Below the pieces are notes generated by a model, which worked only from the letters and a program-made list of their open reading frames with translations, made no database searches and had not been told where the DNA came from. DNA of 64,000 nt from a virus. Below, one piece after another: positions 8,851 through 19,664 of the stretch. Position 1 is the first letter of the stretch. Every line of letters begins with the position of its first letter. Position numbers and translations under genes: made by a program. The stretch is from IMG/VR virus record IMGVR_UViG_3300019755_000002, positions 14,717 through 78,716 of that record, one strand, 5' to 3'.

Positions 8851-9945
8851 ATGGAAAACAACATAGACAACTTAATTTTAAATGCTCAAAACAATGCTAA
8901 CCAAGAAACGACACAACAAAGTGGTTTCCAACACCAGCAAGTGCAGCAACAAGGTCAACAGCAGCAACAGCAAGTTCACCCTCAAACGAATGGCTCAGTT
9001 GTTATTGACCAAGCGCCACAAGGCCAGCAAGTTCAAGGCCAACAACAGCAACAAGCACCTAGCGGCTATGTAGGGCAACAACCACAAAATGGTTATCAAC
9101 AACCACAGCAAGGTATGCAACAACCACAAAATGGTTATCAACAACAACCACAACAAGGTACGCAACAACCACAAAATGGTTATCAACAACAACCACAGCA
9201 AGGTATGCAACAACCACAAAATGGTTATCAACAACAACCACAGCAAGGTATGCAACAACCACAAAATGGTTATCAACAACAACCACAGCAAGGTATGCAA
9301 CAATATCAGCAAGCACCTCAGCAACAGGCACAACACCAACTTCCAGCACATCTAGCGCAAATGACACAACCAATGGAAATGACCATGGATGCGTTAGATG
9401 GAATGGGGATGAGTGTAGACCATTGGCTTAAACCAGACTTTAATGGTATGACGGTCGGTGAAATACCATCCGTAATTCCTTACGTGGATGTTGAAATTGA
9501 AATGACCCAAAACCACGGTTTTGTCCTTGGCATGGGACTACGATTTGGTAAAGACCCCGTTCAGTATGATTTTACACATGACAACGTAGTTTCATCAAAA
9601 AATGGCATGCCCTGGTCAAGTGTATTGCAAAATGCCGTAATGATTGACGCTGGAGCCTTGCCGTATCGTGCAGCGCAATTATGCTTCGACATTTTAAGTG
9701 ATGTTACGGGTCACGATGGTACTTTAGTTGCTAAAGCGGGAGAAAGTTTAGGCTACACCACACCACAATCTAACTGGACGGAATGGTCAAACTTCTATAA
9801 AGCCTGTGTTAAACATGGTTTGATTGGCACAAAAGTTAAAGCACGTATTACTAACAAGTCGTTAGATAAAAACAAAAACAAGTGGGGTGTTGCGGTTATC
9901 ACCCTACTTGATGAAGTTACGACAACACAAGCTACAGCGGCTTAG
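8851..9945 (+). CDS. Gln-rich repeat protein, possibly ssDNA-binding
   Basis: Q/P/G-rich low-complexity N-half and globular C-half; sits immediately upstream of the exonuclease and polymerase (function inferred from synteny only). Confidence 0.5.
   Translation: MENNIDNLILNAQNNANQETTQQSGFQHQQVQQQGQQQQQQVHPQTNGSVVIDQAPQGQQVQGQQQQQAPSGYVGQQPQNGYQQPQQGMQQPQNGYQQQPQQGTQQPQNGYQQQPQQGMQQPQNGYQQQPQQGMQQPQNGYQQQPQQGMQQYQQAPQQQAQHQLPAHLAQMTQPMEMTMDALDGMGMSVDHWLKPDFNGMTVGEIPSVIPYVDVEIEMTQNHGFVLGMGLRFGKDPVQYDFTHDNVVSSKNGMPWSSVLQNAVMIDAGALPYRAAQLCFDILSDVTGHDGTLVAKAGESLGYTTPQSNWTEWSNFYKACVKHGLIGTKVKARITNKSLDKNKNKWGVAVITLLDEVTTTQATAA
9076..9303 (+). repeat. 5 tandem copies of a 42-45-bp unit encoding QQPQNGYQQ(Q)PQQGM
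   Basis: CAACAACCACAAAATGGTTATCAACAA(CAA)CCACAGCAAGGTATG repeated. Confidence 0.95.
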
Positions 9946-10045
9946 AAAACAGCGAAAAAAAAAACTAAAGTAAAAAAGAACTAAATTAGGTGGGTAAGTT
10001 TACCCACCTACTATTCAACTGAAAACAAAATTAGGATTGACGATC

Positions 10046-10840
10046 ATGCCTTTAAAACTTATTGATGGTAACAACCGCTTTCGTGCTCGATGGGAAAAGT
10101 TAGGCCCAAATGCACTATCCATTCTTTACAACGAATCAATCACCCACATGCCAAACCACACACTTATTTGGGTTTGGGATGGAGAAAATGGCGCTGGGCC
10201 AAGGCGCGAAATCTTCCCGATGTATAAAGGCGGAAGAAAGCCTGGCTCAGACCAATTTCATGAAACAATGGCTTTATTTCAAGACCTTCTTCAACATTCT
10301 AACTGTCTTCAATTAGCCGTACCTGGTGTTGAGGCCGACGATGTTATTGCTTGTCTTGCTCAAGGGTCAAGTGATGTCATAGAAATAGACTCAAATGATG
10401 CCGACTTCTTAGCGCTGGTTTCAGAGCGTATAACGGTTAACCGTGAACCTATTGCGGGTGTTATCCCCGACTATGTTCACCTTTACAAGACGCTCGTTGG
10501 TGACAAATCAGATAACGTCAAAGGACTGCCCTCTTTTGGCGCGGGAACGTGGGGTAAGCTTGAGGATTCAGAACGGATATTACTGATCAAACACTTTACG
10601 GGTGAAAGCCGACTAACGGGTGAAGACTGTTCAGAGCTTTTTGGTTGGGGTAAAGCCCTTTGCTCGAAATGGGAGGATAACTTAGCCGATTTAGATGTGG
10701 CATGGAAAATAACCGATTTTTTCCCTGTCGATAGCCGCCTGATTAGCGAACACTTAAAGGCTGGGGTATTAAATATGGACGCAGCTAACGCCCTACTAGC
10801 ACCGTTATTATTTACGATGGATCATGAAAAGGTCGCCTAA
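10046..10840 (+). CDS. 5'-3' exonuclease / flap endonuclease (PolI N-domain-like)
   Basis: 'LIDGNN', 'YKGGR', 'EADDVIA', 'GDKSDNVKG'. Confidence 0.9.
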   Translation: MPLKLIDGNNRFRARWEKLGPNALSILYNESITHMPNHTLIWVWDGENGAGPRREIFPMYKGGRKPGSDQFHETMALFQDLLQHSNCLQLAVPGVEADDVIACLAQGSSDVIEIDSNDADFLALVSERITVNREPIAGVIPDYVHLYKTLVGDKSDNVKGLPSFGAGTWGKLEDSERILLIKHFTGESRLTGEDCSELFGWGKALCSKWEDNLADLDVAWKITDFFPVDSRLISEHLKAGVLNMDAANALLAPLLFTMDHEKVA

Positions 10841-10841
10841 T

Positions 10842-13673
10842 ATGTTAGAACTTTTTAACGAACAAACGGGTATTACCGAAGTCCTAGTTGATGCCCGTAA
10901 CTTTAACAACATAATTCCACAATTAATCACGCAAATTCAACAATCGACATCACCTTATGTCGGGTTTGATATTGAAACAGAAGATAGTGGTCGTCATGCG
11001 GGACTTAACAAGTTCATGGCAATGAAGAAAGGCGACCAAAAGTATAAGAAAGCCAAAAAGCTCGTCTTTGATTTAAATAGAACAGTAATTACGGGGTTTT
11101 CTATTTACTTAGACAACGACAGCCGAGATTACTACTTTAACATGGCTCATGCCGACGTTGAGAACCGATTAGAATGGCAAACGGTGTTACCTTTACTTGG
11201 AACCATTAAAGCGACAAAAACGTGGGTGATACATAATGCCGCGTTTGAACTTGCTCAGTGCAATGGAACGTGGAAATTTGACCTAGGCCACAACTACATT
11301 TGTACCATGCAACTCTGTGTTAGTGCCTACAACTCAGACGAGTATGACATTCAGAAGTTTCACGAAGCGGGTCTTGGTGGTATTGCTAAGTTAATCCCCG
11401 AAATTACGAAAACTTTTGCGGGTTATGAGCCTAGACAACGTATGACAACACAACAAAACGAGTTGTTACAACGTTGTGTGCCAAAGCAATCAGCACCAGA
11501 GCATAGTTATAACGGCTGGGTAAGAGAGCTTAGCTATGGCTATGGTCTGAAAAAAGCCGTTAAATCTTGGTTTGGGTATGAACAGCAAGAATTTGAAACG
11601 GTTCTTCAAGGACGTGCTCACATGGGCTTGTTGACGGGTGAAGAAGTTTTACACTACGGCGCTGACGATGCCTACTGGTGTTTGAAGCTTATGCACCGTG
11701 TTATTGCTTTTATGCAAGAGACTAACCCGCAAGTTATCAACACGTTTTTTGAACAAGAAAACCCAATGCCACGCATATGGGCAGATAATTGGTTACGCGG
11801 AATACGTCTTAACTATGAGCAATTAGAGTATCGTAGAACCGAGGCAAGAAACAACTTTGCCAACATCCTACGTGACTTTATTAAAGCTTTACAGCAAATA
11901 GCTTTCGCGGATAAACCCGCAGAACGTTTAGTCCAAAAGCAAATGAAATGGTACATAGGTAAAGATGAAGACCAACCAAAGTACTTAGAATACCGTGAAC
12001 GCTATCAAGCTATTGCCTCAGTAGATGCCGATAGCCTAAGCGACTATGACGTTTGCCAGTTGGTTTCAGGTTCCGTTCCAGAAAACTGGGCAACGGAACG
12101 AGGTGAAAAGGTAAACAAGAACAAAGGCAACATTACCCATTACATGATGGCTCGAGTACTGTTCCATGATTTGTTAGATTTACCGCTTATCTACGTAAAA
12201 GGTGCTATTCAATCGGGAGGTGATGCCCGAGGTAAGCTTAAAGAAAAAATAGAGTTATTAAGTACTGAGCCTAAAGAGTGGCTAAAAGAATGGGGGCGAT
12301 ACAAATGTCATACCGAACTTAGTGACCAAGAGCGTCAAGCATTGGCTGAGAAGAAGGTAGCGGAATACCCACGACAAGCGGCGGAAACGATTTTAAATTG
12401 TTTAGGTAAGATGGCTACCGTTGAACAGGTAATGAAGCTTTACCTTAATTCTTATTTAATGTTAGTAGACCCTGAAACTAAGCGTATTTATCCCACAATT
12501 AGTTCTAGGTTAAATACCCGCCGTATGGGGTGTGAAAACCCTAACGGTATGCAACTAAGTAAACGCGGGGAAACAACTTATGTTAGGGGTTTCTTTTTAC
12601 CCGAACGTGATGATCACCTAATTGTTTCAGTGGATTGGTCTCAGGTAGAACTGGTCCTAATTGGTGAAGACTCTAAAGACCCAACCTTTGGTAAAGCTTA
12701 CGGTCAAATACCTTATGATGATTTACATTTAGATGCCGCAGCGTCAGCAGTACGAGTGTTTCATCCTGACTTTACCAACTTACATCTAAAAGAGTTACCT
12801 AAAATGGTAGAAGCGGATATCACTTCGTTCAGCATTGAGTTTCCACAGGTGTTAATGAATCCAGTAAAAAAAGAAACAATGACACCTAAAGCGGCACATA
12901 AATTTTGGCGCGGTACTGCAGGTAAGGTTTCAAACTTTGGTTATTGGTATTCAGGGTCGTTGATGACGGTGCAACCTGGTCTAGGTTGGACGGATAAGCA
13001 AATGTGGGACGCTACGGATAATTATCGTAAACAATTTCCCGTTGCTGAAGCATGGAGAATACGAACCCAAAACGAAGCCAAGATGTATGGGTGTGTTTAC
13101 ATTCTTGATGGTCATCGTAGAACACGTTACGAGTCAACCCAATACTGGTATAACGCTATGGTAGCCAAGTTTGCCAGCTATGGTAATGCGGCAGTTACGG
13201 CCTTTGGTCAAAGAGTTTGTTCCACCATTCAACGTAGAGCAGCAAATCAAGCCGTTAATGCCAAAATCCAAGGTGGTTGTGCCACATTAGCTAAGCGTTC
13301 AATTCTACGCTTAGTACGTTGTATCAAATCCGAAGGTTGGGATGCCGTGTTTTACATGCCCATACACGATGAATTAGTTTTCTCGGTTCGTTGGGATCAA
13401 GCCATAGCATTTAGCAAGCGCGTTAAAGAAATTATGTGTCATCATCCTGATTTGGTTCAATGGCTGAAACTTGATGGCACTGTTTCCGTGGGTAAAACGC
13501 TAGAGCCTTATGACAAGGACAAAGCACCCCTAGGTCAAATTGAACTTGACGAAGCACCACTATTACCCGAGTACTTGCCAAAAGATACCGAAGGCAAAGC
13601 CCTAGACGATAATCAGCGCATGAACGTGGTTAATTATCTTATGGGGTTAACACCTATGACGGACGCGGCCTAA
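10842..13673 (+). CDS. polA: DNA polymerase, family A, with 3'-5' exonuclease
   Basis: Exo 'DIET', 'HNAAFE', 'YGADD'; motif A 'DWSQVEL', motif B 'KVSNFGYWY', motif C 'IHDE'. Confidence 0.92.
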   Translation: MLELFNEQTGITEVLVDARNFNNIIPQLITQIQQSTSPYVGFDIETEDSGRHAGLNKFMAMKKGDQKYKKAKKLVFDLNRTVITGFSIYLDNDSRDYYFNMAHADVENRLEWQTVLPLLGTIKATKTWVIHNAAFELAQCNGTWKFDLGHNYICTMQLCVSAYNSDEYDIQKFHEAGLGGIAKLIPEITKTFAGYEPRQRMTTQQNELLQRCVPKQSAPEHSYNGWVRELSYGYGLKKAVKSWFGYEQQEFETVLQGRAHMGLLTGEEVLHYGADDAYWCLKLMHRVIAFMQETNPQVINTFFEQENPMPRIWADNWLRGIRLNYEQLEYRRTEARNNFANILRDFIKALQQIAFADKPAERLVQKQMKWYIGKDEDQPKYLEYRERYQAIASVDADSLSDYDVCQLVSGSVPENWATERGEKVNKNKGNITHYMMARVLFHDLLDLPLIYVKGAIQSGGDARGKLKEKIELLSTEPKEWLKEWGRYKCHTELSDQERQALAEKKVAEYPRQAAETILNCLGKMATVEQVMKLYLNSYLMLVDPETKRIYPTISSRLNTRRMGCENPNGMQLSKRGETTYVRGFFLPERDDHLIVSVDWSQVELVLIGEDSKDPTFGKAYGQIPYDDLHLDAAASAVRVFHPDFTNLHLKELPKMVEADITSFSIEFPQVLMNPVKKETMTPKAAHKFWRGTAGKVSNFGYWYSGSLMTVQPGLGWTDKQMWDATDNYRKQFPVAEAWRIRTQNEAKMYGCVYILDGHRRTRYESTQYWYNAMVAKFASYGNAAVTAFGQRVCSTIQRRAANQAVNAKIQGGCATLAKRSILRLVRCIKSEGWDAVFYMPIHDELVFSVRWDQAIAFSKRVKEIMCHHPDLVQWLKLDGTVSVGKTLEPYDKDKAPLGQIELDEAPLLPEYLPKDTEGKALDDNQRMNVVNYLMGLTPMTDAA

Positions 13674-14005
13674 TGGTATACACCCTACGACAGCCCTCAA
13701 AGAAAAACTTAAGAAGCAACGTCTACAAGGAGTTACGTCGAGTTTACCAAGTTCCTGCTTATACGGGTGCAAAAGTCCGCTACTTAGGAAGACCTGCCAC
13801 CATTATCGCTGCGGCTGCAGAAAACTATCTTATTTTAAGGTTGGAAGATAGACAGGACAAAACGGAAATAAGAGCGGGAGTTCGTCAAGTAGAATTTCTT
13901 GAACCAATGAACAAGAAAAAACGACCACGAACTAAGCTACAACAGAAATTAGAATCTCAACCTAATAAGGCTAAAAATGACGCCTTTGAAGATGGTTGGT
14001 GGTAG
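13673..14005 (+). CDS. hypothetical protein
   Basis: TAATG coupling to the polymerase stop. Confidence 0.65.
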   Translation: MVYTLRQPSKKNLRSNVYKELRRVYQVPAYTGAKVRYLGRPATIIAAAAENYLILRLEDRQDKTEIRAGVRQVEFLEPMNKKKRPRTKLQQKLESQPNKAKNDAFEDGWW

Positions 14006-14039
14006 ATAAACAATACGAACTTAAACAGAGAGAAACGAA

Positions 14040-14927
14040 ATGAAAAACATCCATGTATTTAAAGCAGAATTACCTTCTATATCAGAATTTGAAGAGGCGC
14101 TTATTGATAATGACACACTTATGTTTACCCGCTGCGGTGATCATGACTTTAGTCGCTTTGGTTTTTCACTAAAGTCAACACTAACTTGGCTTTCAAATGG
14201 CTACAAAATTGCTTACACGTACCAAGAGAAAAAAATTCCTAGTGCTACGGTAAGAGAATTGGTTGATGAAAAGGTTGCCGCGCTTGAAGAAGCGGAAGAA
14301 CGCCCTATTCTTCGACGAGAGCGTAACGAATTTAAAGAGAAAGTACTCCAAGACTTATGTACAAAAGCCCTAACGACCACGACCACGTTTGAGGCCTTTT
14401 ATCACACCGAGCATAAGCTACTTGTTGTTGATGTTGCTAGCGAAGCCTTAGCGAGTTCAGCATTGAAACTCATTTGTCATTGCTTGCGGTCAGTAAAAAC
14501 CGAAACCTTGCATGTTAGTCAAATATCTAACAGTTTAGCTATTAACCTTGCTAAAAGCATTCGTCAAAACGTGGCATTAGGCTTTGCGGGTTTCACGTTA
14601 GGAGATAAACTCCATTTAGAAAACGTTGATGGTGAACAAGTTAAATATAAAGGGGATTATGCCCTAGAGCATATCGAGGATTTAATTGCCGATGATTACG
14701 TGGTAAAACTAATCACCCTAGAAAAAGATAATATAACTTTTGATTTTACTTCGGAACTCAGAATAAAAAACATCCGCATAAATCCCGAGTTATTCGACGA
14801 AATTGATTCCAACGAGGTTGCTACGCGATTAATTCGTGAAGCAACAACGTTGGAATTAATGGTAAATATCTGCCTTGACCTTGTTAACTATTTTGACAAA
14901 GCAGCAGAAACAAACAAACGTAAATAA
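14040..14927 (+). CDS. rdgC: recombination-associated protein RdgC
   Basis: '[44 protein letters not shown]', 'LLVVDVAS'. Confidence 0.8.
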   Translation: MKNIHVFKAELPSISEFEEALIDNDTLMFTRCGDHDFSRFGFSLKSTLTWLSNGYKIAYTYQEKKIPSATVRELVDEKVAALEEAEERPILRRERNEFKEKVLQDLCTKALTTTTTFEAFYHTEHKLLVVDVASEALASSALKLICHCLRSVKTETLHVSQISNSLAINLAKSIRQNVALGFAGFTLGDKLHLENVDGEQVKYKGDYALEHIEDLIADDYVVKLITLEKDNITFDFTSELRIKNIRINPELFDEIDSNEVATRLIREATTLELMVNICLDLVNYFDKAAETNKRK

Positions 14928-14949
14928 ACTAACTATAGGATTACACCTT

Positions 14950-15225
14950 ATGAACAAAGCACAATTAATAGAAAAAATCGCTTTAGAAGCCGAAATTAGT
15001 AAAGCCTCCGCTGAACGAGCTCTTAACGCCTTTATCAGTAATGTTAGTGATGAACTTTCCTCAGGGGGCGAAATTTCCCTTGTGGGTTTTGGTACTTTTA
15101 AAGTAGCTGACCGTGCGGCACGAACAGGCCGTAACCCACAAACGGGGGAAACGCTTCAAATTGCTGCTTCTAAAAACCCGACTTTCAAAGCGGGTAAAGT
15201 CTTGAAAGAGGCCGTAAACGCTTAA
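14950..15225 (+). CDS. hupB: DNA-binding protein HU
   Basis: '[11 protein letters not shown]...[21 protein letters not shown]...[12 protein letters not shown]'. Confidence 0.93.
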   Translation: MNKAQLIEKIALEAEISKASAERALNAFISNVSDELSSGGEISLVGFGTFKVADRAARTGRNPQTGETLQIAASKNPTFKAGKVLKEAVNA

Positions 15226-15281
15226 CAAAATTTAACCTAAAAGACTTAGAGTTAATACTCTAAGTCTAAGGTATTTACCAG

Positions 15282-15440
15282 ATGAATCTAGTCACAGAAG
15301 ATTTACTTTTTATTTCTTTGGTTTTTTTCCTACTTACTGTATTAATTCTTTTTTTACGCCTAGAGGCCAAGCACATCAAGCATAACTGGCTTAAGAAAGA
15401 AGAAAACAAAAATAAGAACCTTGGAAATCACCCTCAATAA
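15282..15440 (+). CDS. small membrane protein (52 aa)
   Basis: Hand translation: one TM helix followed by a basic tail; AAGG RBS. Confidence 0.45.
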   Translation: MNLVTEDLLFISLVFFLLTVLILFLRLEAKHIKHNWLKKEENKNKNLGNHPQ

Positions 15441-15494
15441 AGAGTAATATCAACACTTAAAAATTAAACGTTTATAAAAATTAGGATTGACGAT

Positions 15495-16079
15495 ATGTTA
15501 ACAATATCACCAACACTTTATACGAAACTTTATCAAGACATCGTAGATTTTCGTAATGCTTTTCAACTACCTGTAAACGCGCCTGAGAAATTTTCTCTTG
15601 CCGACGACGAACTACACAACAAATTATATTTAGAAGAAACTATTGAGCTTTCAGAAGCCGACACACAAGTTAGTCGTGTTGACGCTCTGGTTGATTCTGC
15701 ATACGTGCTTATGGGGCGTTTAGTCCATTTAGGGTATCGTAATTTAACCGTTGCTAGATCGTCAGAACCAGCTAGAGTCTTTGCATTAGAAACCATCTGG
15801 AATGTTTGTCAAACCGCCTTTAAAGAAGACACTTTTGTTAAGTGTTGGGACAACATTCATGCCTCAAACCTTTCAAAAGTTTGTAAAACGGAGCAAGAGC
15901 GTGATGATACTCTGCGTAAGTATAAGAAACTTAAAATACCCACCCTTGTTGAAGAAGTTAAGGGACTATATGTCGTAAAAGTAGCTAAAGACGCCACGAT
16001 TGACGACAAACATTATCCAAAAGGAAAGGTATTAAAGAATGCACATTACAAGGCAGCAGACCTTGTTCCACTAGTTTAA
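15495..16079 (+). CDS. MazG-like nucleotide pyrophosphohydrolase
   Basis: 'EETIEL...DALVDSAYVLMG', 'IHASNLSK'. Confidence 0.8.
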   Translation: MLTISPTLYTKLYQDIVDFRNAFQLPVNAPEKFSLADDELHNKLYLEETIELSEADTQVSRVDALVDSAYVLMGRLVHLGYRNLTVARSSEPARVFALETIWNVCQTAFKEDTFVKCWDNIHASNLSKVCKTEQERDDTLRKYKKLKIPTLVEEVKGLYVVKVAKDATIDDKHYPKGKVLKNAHYKAADLVPLV

Positions 16080-16111
16080 GAAACTAACTCAAAAATTTGG
16101 ATGGATTGACG

Positions 16112-19100
16112 GTGGCCGACATGATCCCACAAGTATCATTAAGTATAATTACTAAACCAAGCGGAATACTAACTAAAAAACTAAGTGTTCAACAAGGTCG
16201 AGTAATAAGTGACTCTAGTGAATGTAGAATTAGTTCCGCTGTAGCGAATAGAATAACGCTACCGTTTGACCAAGTTCCACAATTACTTAAAGAGTTGGGC
16301 AACAATCAATGTTGTGCGACGGGATGGGCGAACACCGACCACACCCAAGTTGAGTTAATGTCGCGAGACAAATTTGAGTCTAAGCATTACCAATTCCCCG
16401 TGCAAGAGTTACCGCACGGGGTTTATGCTACCAGAACACTAGACTCGTTTACTCAAAAAGGGCAAAGTCTAATCATGTTTGATTACGACGACGATGAGGC
16501 TTGTCCGTATAAAATTAACTGCCCCGAGCAATTTATAGAATTACTATCACAAGTAATCCCAGACTTTAACAAAACCACCTATATCCGAACATTTTCAACC
16601 TCGTCGGGTGTTTATGACCGCACAACAGGGGTTTGCCTAAAAGAAGCCGCAGGTTTTCATCTATGGATGGTTGTACCCGATGGTAGTGATATTCAACGAT
16701 TTGGTGAAGTGTTAGAAAAAAGACTCTGGTTAGCTGGTCTAGGCTATATCAAAGTTTCGACTAAGAATGCCAACCTAAATATCCGTACTGTAATTGATAC
16801 GGCGGTATTTAGTCCTGAAAGGCTGGTATTTGAAGCGGGGGCGGTTATTAGTGATGAAAGTATCGAACAACGGCTACCATCCCCTGAGTATAATGCCAAG
16901 CAATATAATTTACTTGATACCAAGAGACTACCTAACTTAAGTGATTTAGAGGAAAAGTCTTATCAAACGGCTATTTTAAATGCGAAACTAGCCGATCACG
17001 TTGTCAAAACAAAAAACGAAATTAAACAACGCATAGCCGACGATTTTGTTGTTAAAGCACAAATGGCGGGTAGAATAATTCCGCGTTCACAAGCAATGAG
17101 AATGGTAGAAAATTTAGAAAGGCATATTCTCCCACCATTTCATATTATTTATTTCGCCGACGGTTCACAAGCGACGGTAATGGATATTGTTGCTAACCCC
17201 ATGGCTTTCGATGGTCGTGAATGTTTAGACCCCATTCGAGAAGATAAGGGTCATGGACGCTCAAAAATCTTCGCTAATTTAGACCAAGCCGTACCTAAAC
17301 CACAAATACACTCTTTTGTTGAAGGTGGGCGTAACTTTGATTTAATGGCTTCTATGAAGTTATTACACGTAAAAACGGTTGACGAAGAATTTACCGCCTT
17401 GCGTGATTTAGTCACTACATACCAAAGTCAGGATAGTGAATACTTCAAAGCAATTGAACTTAAACCAGGTATTAATCTGATTAAAGGTGAAAAAGGCACG
17501 GGTAAAACCTTCACTATTGCAGAAACAATAAGAGCAACAGAATTAAGTGTTCTGGGGATTACCCCTCGAATCGGTTTAACTGAAACGGTTTCAGACGACT
17601 TTGGCTTATCTTGTTATAACGACGAAAAATTTAAAGAAAGCCACGTTCTAAGGTCACAAAAACGATTAGCTATATGTTATGACTCTATACATAAGATTGC
17701 AGGACAGTATTTTGATATCGTTGTCATAGATGAAATTATTCAAGTTATGCGACACGTTAAATCCAGTTCGGTTAAATTTAAATTTGTTTGTTTAAATGTT
17801 CTCAGGTCTTTAATCTTAAACGCTAGATACGTTGTTATGATGGATGCCGATATCAGCGCGGATTATCTTGGTTTACTTAGAGACCCAGATTTGGGCTGCT
17901 GTAAACAAAACGTAGACATAAATCTAATCCTTAATCATTACAAACCCGCTCAACGTCAGGGTAGAAAAATTTACAATTACATTGACCTTGAAGATAAAGC
18001 CGATGAAGAAGCTTGGGGAATAAATTTACTTGAGTACGTGAAAGATAAGGGTACCTTTATTGCCACAAATGCTAGAACACAGGCATACAATGTTGCCAAT
18101 GAAGTTCTCGAATCTTGGGGTTTAAATGTTACCCTAGAACAAGGACATTTTATTACTGAAGTTAATGGTCGTCGTGTTATAACCATAACCTCAGACAACT
18201 CGGGTTTGTCGGAAGTAGCGCAATTTGTAAGTAATATTAATAAAAATCTCAGGCCGACGGACGTTTTTATTTCTTCACCAAGCTTAGGTACAGGTGTCTC
18301 AGTTAATAAACGTGAAGGTAAGCCTGTATTTGAACGTGTTTATTGTCGCTTCACTAAACGAGCGGGTAACACCTCAGCCGATTGCTCTCAACATATTGCA
18401 CGAATCCGTGGTTGTACCGAGTTTCACAACATCATTATTGATACGTTGGAGTGGCAAGAAACTGACCCAGAATTAATCGTAGCGCAAGAAATTTATGGTC
18501 GAGTTAAAGCTGTGGATGGCTATGTTCGTAGTAATGATTTGAACTTTGACCCCTACATGAATAAATACGTTTTTGCGGATAATAATTGGGGACAGTGGTT
18601 TGGTTTAATGGTTAGTTTTGAAAACCTTGATCGTAATGAATTTGGCTTAAACTTCTTAACGCGATTAGAGCAAGAGGGGTATACCATTGAGACAGTTAAA
18701 TCGGAAATAGCCCCTGAAGCAAGGACTAAAAAGCATGAACAAACTAAGCGTGTAAAAACGAAACAGAAGGAGTTAGAAACACAACTAACAGTTGATTCCC
18801 CATTATTAACAGATGAAGAAAAAGCGGAGTTAGATGCAAAGTCTCAGTTAACAGTAGATGAAAAACGTCAAATGCTAAAACGTAGCACTGCCGATGCCTT
18901 TGGTGAATACAACCAAGACGGATTGGAAGGTTTACTACGCCTGAGTAAAGCAGCATTAAAGTATCGTCGTTCAGGTTTATATTTTGGTATGAATAGCGAA
19001 ACGTTGTTGTTAACCGATTTAAGTAATCGACTTGATCACGAAAAAATGCATATTGAAAAAACAGTACATTACCCCCGTTGGTCGCTAATGATATCCTTAG

Positions 19101-19594
19101 CAAGCATTTTAGGTATAACGTTAGATAATGATAAACTTCCCCATTCAAACGGTGCGGTTATCAATGATGGTGTAAAAGTGGCTTTTTACAATCGCCTTCG
19201 AGAAGAAAAAGAGGACGTAAAAACACTTTTAGGTATTAATGTTGGTTACCATAAAGAAATGCACGGCATTAGTACCGTGGTTGGTAACGCGGCTAAAGCC
19301 ATGGGACTAAAACTTATTCGTAAATCGCATAAAGGCCCAAATGGTGAAATAAAAGTCCGTGTAGTCTGTCAAGAATCCTTAGCTACTCTTCGCAGCGATA
19401 TACTACGAGCTAGAGCATACAGCCCATCACCATTACACACAACACTAGCAGAGCCACCACATTCGCTAGTTAACTATGTTGCTCAGTATAATGCTGGAAT
19501 GCCTGAAAGAGCACCTAGAGAACATCGATACTTATCTCAGCTTAATGACTATGAATTTGACTTACTTCACAAATTTATTAAACGAGTGGTATGA
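16112..19594 (+). CDS. primase-helicase / replication initiator (primase-like N-domain fused to an SF2 origin-binding-type helicase)
   Basis: 'FDYDD' and 'GFHLW' in the N-domain; 'GEKGTGKT', 'DEIIQ', 'MDAD', 'SPSLGTGVS', 'QHIARIR'; start uncertain (GTG 16112 or ATG 16121). Confidence 0.7.
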   Translation: MADMIPQVSLSIITKPSGILTKKLSVQQGRVISDSSECRISSAVANRITLPFDQVPQLLKELGNNQCCATGWANTDHTQVELMSRDKFESKHYQFPVQELPHGVYATRTLDSFTQKGQSLIMFDYDDDEACPYKINCPEQFIELLSQVIPDFNKTTYIRTFSTSSGVYDRTTGVCLKEAAGFHLWMVVPDGSDIQRFGEVLEKRLWLAGLGYIKVSTKNANLNIRTVIDTAVFSPERLVFEAGAVISDESIEQRLPSPEYNAKQYNLLDTKRLPNLSDLEEKSYQTAILNAKLADHVVKTKNEIKQRIADDFVVKAQMAGRIIPRSQAMRMVENLERHILPPFHIIYFADGSQATVMDIVANPMAFDGRECLDPIREDKGHGRSKIFANLDQAVPKPQIHSFVEGGRNFDLMASMKLLHVKTVDEEFTALRDLVTTYQSQDSEYFKAIELKPGINLIKGEKGTGKTFTIAETIRATELSVLGITPRIGLTETVSDDFGLSCYNDEKFKESHVLRSQKRLAICYDSIHKIAGQYFDIVVIDEIIQVMRHVKSSSVKFKFVCLNVLRSLILNARYVVMMDADISADYLGLLRDPDLGCCKQNVDINLILNHYKPAQRQGRKIYNYIDLEDKADEEAWGINLLEYVKDKGTFIATNARTQAYNVANEVLESWGLNVTLEQGHFITEVNGRRVITITSDNSGLSEVAQFVSNINKNLRPTDVFISSPSLGTGVSVNKREGKPVFERVYCRFTKRAGNTSADCSQHIARIRGCTEFHNIIIDTLEWQETDPELIVAQEIYGRVKAVDGYVRSNDLNFDPYMNKYVFADNNWGQWFGLMVSFENLDRNEFGLNFLTRLEQEGYTIETVKSEIAPEARTKKHEQTKRVKTKQKELETQLTVDSPLLTDEEKAELDAKSQLTVDEKRQMLKRSTADAFGEYNQDGLEGLLRLSKAALKYRRSGLYFGMNSETLLLTDLSNRLDHEKMHIEKTVHYPRWSLMISLASILGITLDNDKLPHSNGAVINDGVKVAFYNRLREEKEDVKTLLGINVGYHKEMHGISTVVGNAAKAMGLKLIRKSHKGPNGEIKVRVVCQESLATLRSDILRARAYSPSPLHTTLAEPPHSLVNYVAQYNAGMPERAPREHRYLSQLNDYEFDLLHKFIKRVV

Positions 19595-19664
19595 TAGTGG
19601 GCTAATAGCCCAAACGGACTAAAAACTGTTTGGGCTTCAACTCAAATACAGACAGATAGGATTG

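Noticed and set aside
8882-9373. Alternative-frame ORFs over the Gln repeat
   Set aside because: Shadow frames of a stop-free tandem repeat
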